This document shows, piece after piece, positions 9,724-18,300 of a DNA stretch of 64,000 bases. Source of the stretch: an uncultured Limimonas sp. (GTDB lineage Bacteria > Pseudomonadota > Alphaproteobacteria > Kiloniellales > Rhodovibrionaceae). The first letter of the stretch is position 1, and each line of letters starts with the position of its first letter. Both the position numbers and the translations under genes were made by a program. The stretch spans positions 9,150 through 73,149 of the forward strand of contig CAJXKW010000002.1 of NCBI GenBank assembly GCA_913055855.1, read 5' to 3'. Below the pieces are notes generated by a model. The model was not told where the DNA came from and did no database searches. It saw only the letters and a program-made list of their open reading frames with translations.

Positions 9724-10506
9724 TCAGCACTTGCCCCGCAGGTGCTCGTGCCCATCGGCGGACTCGCTCTCGCCGCGCTGTTCGCCGTCCTCGACACCGT
9801 CCACGCCACTGTCCTGAGCCTGCGTCTCGAGTTCGTTCACCCGGGCGCGGAGCTGGTGAACCTCGTCCAGCAGCCCGTCGAGCGCGCGCGCAACCGGATC
9901 GGGGATATCGCCCGTGGGCGTGCCGTACGCGATGAACGGCGGCTCCTCCGCCGCGCGCCGCGGCTGCTGCTGGGCCGTGTTGATCGACTTGGCGGGAATG
10001 CCGACCATCGTGGCGCGCGCGGGCACGTCCTTGGCGACCACCGCGTTGGCGCCGATGCGCGCGCACTCGCCCACGGTGAACGGGCCCAGGACCTGTGCCC
10101 CCGAGCCCACGATGACGCCACGCTCCAGCGTGGGATGGCGCTTGGTGTTGCGCTGCGACTCGCTGTTCTCGCTGGGCGAGACGCCGCCCAGGGTGACGCC
10201 GTGGTACAGCGTCACATCGTCGCCGATCTCGCTCGTCTCGCCGATGACCACGCCCATGCCGTGGTCGATGAACAGGTTCCGGCCGATCGTCGCACCGGGG
10301 TGGATCTCGATACCCGTCAGAACCCGACCTATGTGCGACAGAAACCTGGCGGGAAGGCGCACGTCCCGGCGCCAGAGCCAGTTTGCCGCCCGGTAGATGA
10401 CCAGGGCCTGGAAACCGGGATAGCAAAGCACGACTTCCAGGCGTGAGCGGGCCGCCGGATCGCGGGCCATCATGCCGTCGATTTCGGCCCGGAGACTCTT
10501 GAACAT
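9724..10506 (-). CDS. cysE: serine O-acetyltransferase
   Basis: [21 protein letters not shown]...[44 protein letters not shown] shows hexapeptide repeats and the SATase N-domain. Confidence 0.85.
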   Translation of the reverse strand: MFKSLRAEIDGMMARDPAARSRLEVVLCYPGFQALVIYRAANWLWRRDVRLPARFLSHIGRVLTGIEIHPGATIGRNLFIDHGMGVVIGETSEIGDDVTLYHGVTLGGVSPSENSESQRNTKRHPTLERGVIVGSGAQVLGPFTVGECARIGANAVVAKDVPARATMVGIPAKSINTAQQQPRRAAEEPPFIAYGTPTGDIPDPVARALDGLLDEVHQLRARVNELETQAQDSGVDGVEDGEQRGESESADGHEHLRGKC

Positions 10507-10725
10507 GGCGTGCACCGTCGTGGTAGTTTCCGTTCCCGCTCAGCGACGGGTCCAGTGTGCACCGCGAGCCGAGCGCCGCTCCGAGCGATATAGTATGCCT
10601 GACCAAATCGATCAAGTTTTTGCCAGGCGCCGCCGCCGGTGCCCTCGCCACCGCCGCCACGAACGCCGCGTGCCACGGCGGCAAAGCCCGGCAACCACCA
10701 GGAGCCAGCGGAAAGACAGCCCACG

Positions 10726-11394
10726 ATGCCCGACGTGATCTTCGCCGGTCCCGAAGGCCGACTCGAAGGCCGATATCATCCCGCCAAGTCCAGCAAGGCG
10801 CCCATCGCCCTGATGCTGCATCCGCATCCGCAGCACGGCGGGACGATGAACAACAAGGTCGTCTACACGCTGTTCCACATCTTCGCGCGCCGCGGCTTTT
10901 CGGTGCTGCGCTTCAATTTTCGCGGTGTGGGCCGCTCCCAGGGCGAATTCGACCGCGGGGAAGGCGAGCTTTCCGACGCCGCCTCCGCGATGGACTGGCT
11001 GCAGCTCTACAACGAGGGCGCGCGCAGCTGCTGGCTGGCGGGCTTTTCCTTCGGCGCCTGGATCGGCATGCAGTTGCTCATGCGCCGGCCGGAGATCAAC
11101 GGCTTCGTCTCGGTCTCGCCGCCGGCGAACATGTTCGATTTCTCCTTCCTGGCGCCCTGCCCGTCCTCGGGCCTGATCGTCCATGGCGACCAGGACGACA
11201 TCGTCCCCGAGCCCTCGGTGTCCAAGCTGGTGAACAAGCTCGCCCAGCAGCAGGACATCAGCGTCGATTACAGCCTGATCCGCGGCGCCAACCACTTCTT
11301 CACCAACCGGTTGGAGAACCTGAACGAGGCTGTCGACTCCTATCTGGGCAAGCACGCCGAGGGTGCCGTCGACCCGGCGGAAACCGGGCGCTGA
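10726..11394 (+). CDS. alpha/beta-fold hydrolase (COG2945-like)
   Basis: PIALMLHPHPQHGGTMNNKVVY...WLAGFSFGAW (a GxSxG-like nucleophile elbow)...VHGDQDDIVP. The start is set at the internal ATG (MPDVIF). Confidence 0.65.
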   Translation: MPDVIFAGPEGRLEGRYHPAKSSKAPIALMLHPHPQHGGTMNNKVVYTLFHIFARRGFSVLRFNFRGVGRSQGEFDRGEGELSDAASAMDWLQLYNEGARSCWLAGFSFGAWIGMQLLMRRPEINGFVSVSPPANMFDFSFLAPCPSSGLIVHGDQDDIVPEPSVSKLVNKLAQQQDISVDYSLIRGANHFFTNRLENLNEAVDSYLGKHAEGAVDPAETGR

Positions 11395-11398
11395 AGGG

Positions 11399-12472
11399 TC
11401 AACCCGCGCGGTACAACACCCCGCCCGGGGTGGGCGCGGACACGCCCGTGGTCTCGGGCAGCGACAGCGGCAGGCCGGCCAGGCTGCGCACGGCCAGGTA
11501 GGCGAACGCGTCCGCCTCGATGGCGTCGCCGTTCCAGCCCACGGTCTCGACCGCGTCCACGGGCGCGCCCAGCCGGTCGCGCAGCGCCGCCATCATGGCC
11601 GGGTTATGCCGGCCGCCGCCGGCGACGAGCCAGCGCGTCGGGCGTTCGGGCATGTGATCCAGGGCGCGCGCGACCGTCTCGGCCGTGAAGGCCACCAGCG
11701 TGGCCGCCGCGTCGGGCGCGGTCAGCGCCGCCACGGGCGCCGGATCGAACGCGTCGCGGTCGAGCGACTTGGGCGGCGTGCGATCGAAGAACGGGTGCGC
11801 CAGCAGACGGTCGAGGACGGCCCGGTCCGCACGCCCGGCGCCGGCCAGCGCGCCGTCGCGATCGCAGGCCGCGCCCGTGCGCGCCAGCACCAGATCGTCG
11901 AGCAGGGCGTTCCCCGGTCCGGTGTCGAAGGCCAGAATGCCGTCCGCCGCGCCCAGCCAGGTCACGTTGCCCACACCGCCCAGGTTGAGCACCGCCAGCG
12001 GCCGCGCCATCCCGGCCGTGCGCACCCGGTGATAGAGCGGCGCCAGCGGCGCCCCCTGCCCGCCCGCGGCCACGTCGGCCTGACGGAAATCGGCCACCAC
12101 GTCGATCCCCGTGCGCGCCGCGAGCCGGGCGGCGTCGCCGATCTGGCGCGTGACCCGGCGCGCCGGGTCGTGGTGCAGGGTATGGCCGTGAAAGCCCACG
12201 AGCCGGACGTCGCGCGCATCGACCCCCGCGGCGTCGAGCAGGGCGGCGACGGCATCCGCGTGCCGGTCGGTGATTTCGCGCGCAACCGGGGCAACGTCGG
12301 CTTCGCCGCGCACCGCGGCGGCCAGGCGCGCGCGCGTCGCCGGCGGATATGCCAGACTCACGAAGTGTTCGGGCACCAGCGCGTCCCGGCCGTCGGTGCG
12401 CACGAGCGCGGCATCGACGCCGTCGCGGGAGGTGCCGCTCATCAGGCCGATCGCGCGGCGGAACTCGGGCAT
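11399..12472 (-). CDS. anmK: anhydro-N-acetylmuramic acid kinase
   Basis: AIGLMSGTSRDGVDAALV...FDTGPGNALLD...GGGRHNPAMM are typical AnmK motifs. Confidence 0.85.
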   Translation of the reverse strand: MPEFRRAIGLMSGTSRDGVDAALVRTDGRDALVPEHFVSLAYPPATRARLAAAVRGEADVAPVAREITDRHADAVAALLDAAGVDARDVRLVGFHGHTLHHDPARRVTRQIGDAARLAARTGIDVVADFRQADVAAGGQGAPLAPLYHRVRTAGMARPLAVLNLGGVGNVTWLGAADGILAFDTGPGNALLDDLVLARTGAACDRDGALAGAGRADRAVLDRLLAHPFFDRTPPKSLDRDAFDPAPVAALTAPDAAATLVAFTAETVARALDHMPERPTRWLVAGGGRHNPAMMAALRDRLGAPVDAVETVGWNGDAIEADAFAYLAVRSLAGLPLSLPETTGVSAPTPGGVLYRAG

Positions 12473-12565
12473 GGGCGACTCTCCCCCGGCACGTTTGGCA
12501 GCCTGCGGCCCATGTGGTACAGCCCGTCTCCGCAGCCGCGCAAAGCAATCGATCCGTAAAGGACC

Positions 12566-13822
12566 ATGAGCACGTTCCAGTCAAGCTTCCTGCGCGAGGC
12601 CGAGGCCCGCGGGTATATCCATCAGCTTACCGACACACAGGGTCTCGACGCCGTGCTCGCCGAGCGCGCGCCGGTGCCCGCCTACATCGGCTTCGACTGC
12701 ACGGCCGACTCGCTGCACGTGGGCTCGCTGGTCTCGATCATGCTGCTGCGCCGGCTCCAACAGCACGGGCACAAGCCCATCGTGCTCATGGGCGGCGGCA
12801 CGACGAAGGTGGGCGATCCCTCGTTCCGCGACGACCAGCGGCCGCTGCTCTCGGACGAACAGATCCAGGCCAACATGGCCGGGATCAAGACCATCTTCCA
12901 GCAGTTCCTGACCTTCGGCGACGGCCCCACCGACGCCGTCATGGTCAACAACGACGACTGGCTGCGCGAGCTGAACTACATCGCCTTCCTGCGCGACTTC
13001 GGCCGGCACTTCTCCGTGAACCGGATGCTCGCGTTCGACAGCGTGCGCCTGCGCCTGGACCGGGAGCAGCCGCTCACCTTCCTGGAGTTCAACTACATGA
13101 TCCTCCAGGCCTACGACTTCTACCAGCTCTATCGCACCCAGGGCTGCCGGCTGCAGATGGGCGGCTCGGACCAGTGGGGCAACATCGTCAACGGGATCGA
13201 GCTGACCCGCCGGCTTGAGAGCGTGGAGCTGTTCGGCCTGACCACACCGCTGCTCACCACCGCCTCGGGCCAGAAGATGGGCAAGACCGCCGACGGCGCG
13301 ATCTGGCTCAACGCCGAGAACCTGTCCGCGTACGACTACTACCAGTACTGGCGCAACACCGAGGACGCCGACGTCGGGCGCTTCCTGCGCCTGTTCACCG
13401 AGCTGCCCATGGACCGTGTCGCCGAGCTGGAGGCGCTGGAAGGCGCGGACATCAACGAGGCCAAGAAGGTGCTCGCTTTTGAAGCGACCAAACTCTGCCG
13501 CGGCGAGGCGGCCGCCGAGCACGCGGCCGAGACGACGCGCCGGGTCTTCGAGCAGGGCCAGCTCGATGCCGACCTGCCGCGCATCGAAATCGCACGCGAT
13601 CGTTTAACCGAGGGCGCGCCGCTGTACGCGCTGCTGCGCGAGGCCGGTTTCGCCGCCTCGAACGGCGAGGCACGGCGCTTCATCAAGGGCGGCGGCGCCA
13701 AGGTCAACGACGCCAAGATCACCGACCCGTACAGCGTGGTCACCACGGATGCCGTCACCGAGCAGGGTGTGATCAAGCTCTCGGCGGGCAAGAAACGGCA
13801 CGCGCTGATCGTGCCCGCGTGA
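12566..13822 (+). CDS. tyrS: tyrosine--tRNA ligase
   Basis: The 418-aa ORF reads [16 protein letters not shown] (HIGH-like)...KMGKTA (KMSKS-like) and has an S4-like C-terminus. Confidence 0.9.
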   Translation: MSTFQSSFLREAEARGYIHQLTDTQGLDAVLAERAPVPAYIGFDCTADSLHVGSLVSIMLLRRLQQHGHKPIVLMGGGTTKVGDPSFRDDQRPLLSDEQIQANMAGIKTIFQQFLTFGDGPTDAVMVNNDDWLRELNYIAFLRDFGRHFSVNRMLAFDSVRLRLDREQPLTFLEFNYMILQAYDFYQLYRTQGCRLQMGGSDQWGNIVNGIELTRRLESVELFGLTTPLLTTASGQKMGKTADGAIWLNAENLSAYDYYQYWRNTEDADVGRFLRLFTELPMDRVAELEALEGADINEAKKVLAFEATKLCRGEAAAEHAAETTRRVFEQGQLDADLPRIEIARDRLTEGAPLYALLREAGFAASNGEARRFIKGGGAKVNDAKITDPYSVVTTDAVTEQGVIKLSAGKKRHALIVPA

Positions 13823-13896
13823 CCCGCTGCGGGCCGTGGGGGGCCGCCAAGCGTCGGCACGCGTGACCACGTACCGCATCCCTTGCCGCCGCGGGG

Positions 13897-13913
13897 TTGT
13901 TATTCTATAACGT
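13897..13913 (+). promoter_or_regulatory. Zur box-like operator upstream of zur-znuC
   Basis: The inverted repeat GTTAT-TCT-ATAAC (13899-13911) lies 27 nt upstream of the zur ATG. It matches the GTTAT-AWT-ATAAC core of described Zur boxes. Confidence 0.55.
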
Positions 13914-13937
13914 AGCCAAACCCGGACGATCGCATTC

Positions 13938-14462
13938 ATGACGGCAGCGACCACGGACCAGGGCAGCATCTTTCCAACGGCGTGCCACGATCACGACGCC
14001 TGCATCGCGTCGGCGCTGGCCACGGCGGAGGACCTGTGCCGGCGGCGCGGCGCGCGCCTGACGGCCCAGCGCCGGCGCGTGCTGGAGCTGATCTGGCAGC
14101 AGCACGCACCGGTGGGTGCGTACGATCTCATGGCGCGGCTTTCCGCGATGGAGGGGGGCAACGTCGCGCCGCCCACGATCTACCGCGCGCTCGACTTCCT
14201 GCTCGCGCACGGCCTGATCCACCGTATCGAGAGCCTGAACGCCTACATCGGCTGTTCCCGACCGGGCACGCGGCACGCGGGCCATTTCCTGATCTGCCGC
14301 GAGTGCCACGCCACCGCGGAGATCCGCGATCCCGAACTGGCCGAGGCGGTGCAGGCGAGCGCCAGCGCGCGCGGCTTCAGCCTGGAGCACGAAACCGTGG
14401 AGCTGCGCGGTCTCTGCCCGGCCTGCCAGACCCCGGAGGCCGAGGCCCATGGCGGCGAGTGA
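13938..14462 (+). CDS. zur: Fur-family zinc uptake regulator
   Basis: LTAQRRRVLELIWQQHAPVGAYDLMARL...PPTIYRALDFLLAHGLIHRIES...FLICRECH. It overlaps znuC by 14 nt. Confidence 0.8.
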   Translation: MTAATTDQGSIFPTACHDHDACIASALATAEDLCRRRGARLTAQRRRVLELIWQQHAPVGAYDLMARLSAMEGGNVAPPTIYRALDFLLAHGLIHRIESLNAYIGCSRPGTRHAGHFLICRECHATAEIRDPELAEAVQASASARGFSLEHETVELRGLCPACQTPEAEAHGGE

Positions 14463-15297
14463 CCCGCCCGACGGTGCCCTGGTCGCCGTACGCGACCTGC
14501 GCGTTCGCTTCGGCGAGACGCTCGCCTTGGACGGCGTCAACGTCGCCATCCACCCCGGCGAGATCCTCACGGTCATCGGCCCCAACGGCGCGGGCAAGAC
14601 CACCCTGGCGCGCATCATCCTGGGCCTGACCCGGCCGGAGTCGGGCAGCGTGCAGCGGCGCCGCGGGGTGACCTTCGGCTATGTGCCGCAGCGCTTCCAC
14701 GTCGACCCGACCCTGCCCATCACCGTCGGGCGCTTTCTGGCGCTCCCGGCGAACCCGGGGCGCACGGCGGTCGCCCGGGCGCTGACCGACGTGGGGGTTC
14801 CCAACCTGCTGGACCGGGCGCTCCAGCACCTCTCCGGCGGTGAGTTCCAGCGCGTGATGCTGGCGCGCGCGCTGCTCCGCCGGCCGGACATGCTGGTGCT
14901 GGACGAGCCGTTGCAGGGCGTGGACTTCGGCGGCCAGATCGCGCTGTTCGACCTGATCGGCGAGCTGCGCGACCGGCACGGTTTCGGTGTGCTCATGGTC
15001 AGCCACGATCTGCACATCGTCATGCGCGCGACCGACCGCGTGCTCTGTATCAACCGCCACGTCTGCTGCACCGGCGCCCCCGAGACGGTGAGCCGGCACC
15101 CCGAATACCTCCAGCTTTTCGGCCCCGACGCGGCACGCGCCCTTGCCGTCTATCCCCACCAGCATGACCACGCGCACGACGTCTCCGGCAACGTCCTCGC
15201 GCCGGACGCCGACGGTGTGCGTGTGGAAGGGGACGCGGCGGGACGCACCCGGCCGGATGCGCACGGCACCGAGGCCCCCGCGACGGAGGGTGGCTGA
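14449..15297 (+). CDS. znuC: zinc ABC transporter ATP-binding protein with a His-rich C-terminal tail
   Basis: GPNGAGKTTLARIILG (Walker A), LSGGEFQRVMLARAL (signature), MLVLDEP (Walker B). The tail reads YPHQHDHAHD. Confidence 0.85.
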   Translation: MAASDPPDGALVAVRDLRVRFGETLALDGVNVAIHPGEILTVIGPNGAGKTTLARIILGLTRPESGSVQRRRGVTFGYVPQRFHVDPTLPITVGRFLALPANPGRTAVARALTDVGVPNLLDRALQHLSGGEFQRVMLARALLRRPDMLVLDEPLQGVDFGGQIALFDLIGELRDRHGFGVLMVSHDLHIVMRATDRVLCINRHVCCTGAPETVSRHPEYLQLFGPDAARALAVYPHQHDHAHDVSGNVLAPDADGVRVEGDAAGRTRPDAHGTEAPATEGG

Positions 15298-15324
15298 CCG
15301 GGGATAACGCAACCGCGCGCCGGC

Positions 15325-18300
15325 TCAGCCCGTCTCGCCCTCGTCGATCTCCACGCTGACCTTTTCCAGCGTGCCCCCGATGCGCAGCGGCATCTCCATG
15401 GTTTCGGCGACGCTCTGGGCGGTTTTCCCGATGACGGGGATAGCGTTCACCCAGTCGGTGAGCGAGTCCAGTGGCTTGATGCTGCCCCGCCCGGCCAGCT
15501 TGCCTTCGGCCGGCGTGACCTCAAGCACGGCAAAGGCCAGGCCCAACGGCGTCTCGGCGAACAGCGGGTCGGCGGTGAGTTTGCCGTCGCGCAGCATGAC
15601 GCGCGCCACCACGCGATCCATGCGCAACTCGTCCAGGATGTCACCTTCCGGCCGATCCTTGGCCGCGGCGAACATGGCGGGAAGCAAACGCGCATCCCGG
15701 ACGTCGATGTCGCGCCCCTGCATGCGGAGCTGCCCGGTCAGCGCATCGATGCCATCGCGCCAGCGGCCGGCGAGCGACAGATCGGCCTCCAGCCGGCCGT
15801 TGAGGTCCGGGCCGCGGCCGGTCACCGTGCGCCAGAGGTCGTCCAGGGCGATGGCGCTGGTCGAGGCTTCGAGGCTTGCGCGCGGCGAGATCAGGTTGGG
15901 GTCGGTGCGCACCGTGGCGAGGGTGGACAGCAGAATGGTGCGCTCGTCCGCCGCGGCGCCCTGCTCCGCCACCTCGGCGGCGAGCCGGGTGCGCGTGTCG
16001 GTCCATGTCAGCGCGCCGTCCAGACCGGCCGTGCGCGGCCCCTTCCGGCCCGCCACCCGGATGTCGGTCGAGCGCAGCCGGAGATGTCCCTGCCCCGGCA
16101 GGCGCGGCACGGGCAGGCGCTGCAGGCGCTTGTCCAGGCGCGTCCAGGCCGCCGCGAGGCCGGGCTCGTCCGCGTCCCCGGCGGCGCCCCCGGCCGCGCC
16201 CTCGGCGGCGGTTTCATCCGCCCGGGGCTTGCGCGCGCCCAGAATGTTGCGGGCATCGGCGCGCTGAAGCGCAATCCTGCCGTGGGTGCGCGGCCCGGCT
16301 GCGCCGCGGCGCTGCGTGGTGACCTCCAGGTTCAGCTCGCCCACGTCGGGACCAAGGCTGGGCGTTGCCAGGCTCGCATCCACGCGCCGGGGCGAGGCCG
16401 TGACGCGCCCCTGCGCCGGATCCATGGCGGGCAGCAGGCCGGGCGTGCGCAGGCCGCCCAGGTTCAGCTCGGCGTCCCAGTCGAGCGGCCAGGCGATTTC
16501 CACCGTGCCGCCAACCGCACCCTCGATCGCGGGCAGCCAGCCCTGCGGCGCCCGCTCGCGCACCCAGGACAGCGGGATTTTCGCCAGATCGACCGTCGCG
16601 CGCGCCTCCAGCGGCTGCAGGCGGCCGCGCGCGTCGATGTCCGCGATCAGTATTCGGTCGCCCAGGCGTAAACCGCCCGTCTCGACCGACCAGGTGCGCG
16701 CACCGGGCATCACCGCCAGCTTCGCCGTCCCGGTCAGGGCCTCCTTGGCACAGCGTTTGATATCGAACGGACCCGCGGCCATTTCCCAGGACAGGCAGGC
16801 GTCCCCGCCGTCAAGGGCGACCTCGCCGGCGAGCCGGCCGGTCGCGTCGGCTTCGCCCTGCCAGGTCACGCCGATCGCGTCGTCGCTCCAGGCGAGCTTG
16901 TCGACGCCAAGCCGCTCGGCGAACGCGGGCGCGAAGCGTCCCGCCAGATCCACCGCCGTGGGCCGCAGCTTCGCCGGCGCGCCCGAGTCCGCCGCCAGGG
17001 CAACCTCCCCCGAGGCCTGCCACCCCTTCGCGCCGACGCGTTCCAGCGCGAGGTCGCCGGTGAGCGTGCCGTCTTCCGCCCAGTCGAGCCGCGCGGTACC
17101 GCCCCGGAGATCCACGCGACCGCCGTCCTCTCGCTTCAGCGCGGCCTCGACCACCTCGGCCGTGACCTCGCCGGTCTGCGCCGGCGTGCCGAACCGCCGC
17201 GTGCCCTCGGCCGTGAGCATGACCGTGCCCTCCGCCGACGCCAGGTTCAGCCGGTCGCGGATGTCGCGCCCGCGGCGCTCGGCCCAGGCGATCAGATCCG
17301 ACAGCGCCAGCCGCGCCCGCAAACGGCCGCTTGCCACCGGCTTGGCGCCGAAAAGCTCCTGGACCTCAACGCGTCCCTTCCGAATGGCGCTGGCCGGGGT
17401 ATCCGCGCCGGCCTTCCCGCCGTCAGCCGCGCCATCGCCCTCGGCGGCGGCCAGCTCGGCGGTGAGCGTGCCCTCGCGCAGCCTGGCCGTCAGGCCGTCC
17501 AGGGCGACCGGCCGCGAGCCCGCAACCGGCCGCAGGCGCAGATCCGCCAGGCGCAGGTCCGCCGCCAGCGCGCGCCCGTCACCGAGCTTGCGCAGGCAGA
17601 CCAGCGGATGCTGGCCGGGACAGGTCGTGCGCAGCGCCAAGGTCTCGACCGCGCCGCGGCGCAACTGGGCGCTGACCACGCGGCGCGACTGCCGCGGCAC
17701 CTTCGTGATGGGCACCAGCGCGGCGAAGTCCGACAGGGGCGCCGCCTCGGCCAGCGCCAGGCGCAGCGTGTGGTCGCCGGCCGATTCCGGGGCGCCGGCA
17801 TCCGCCTGTTCGCCCGCCGGGCCTTGCGTGTTCGCCGTGGGGGCGAAGGTGACCGCGATGCGCGCCGGATCCGTGGTCAGGCTGCCTTCGTAGCTCAGGC
17901 CGCCGCGCGCGATCCGCGCGGTGCCCTTGGCGCCCTGGACGCCCACGGCCTCGCGCAGCCCCGGATAGCGCAGAAACCCGTTGGTCGCCGAGGCCTGCCA
18001 CGCCAGCTCGGTCCCGCCGTCGCCGGCGCGCCGGGCGTCCACGGTGAGCTGGGCCGTTCCGCCCAGGGTCGCCGGGGCTTCCGCGGGCACCAGCGCGTCC
18101 AGCGGCACCGGCTCGACGGTCTCCAGCCGGGCATCCAGGCCCGACTCGCCGATTTCGCCGGAGATCGCGGCCCAGTGCGTGCCCTCGACCCGGACCTTGC
18201 CCGAAAGGGTCGTGGCGGCGTCCGGCGCAAACGTCGCCCCGAGTTCCAGGTCGGCGTTGGCGATGCGGTCGTACGGTGCCGGCCCGCGCGTGCGCACGCC

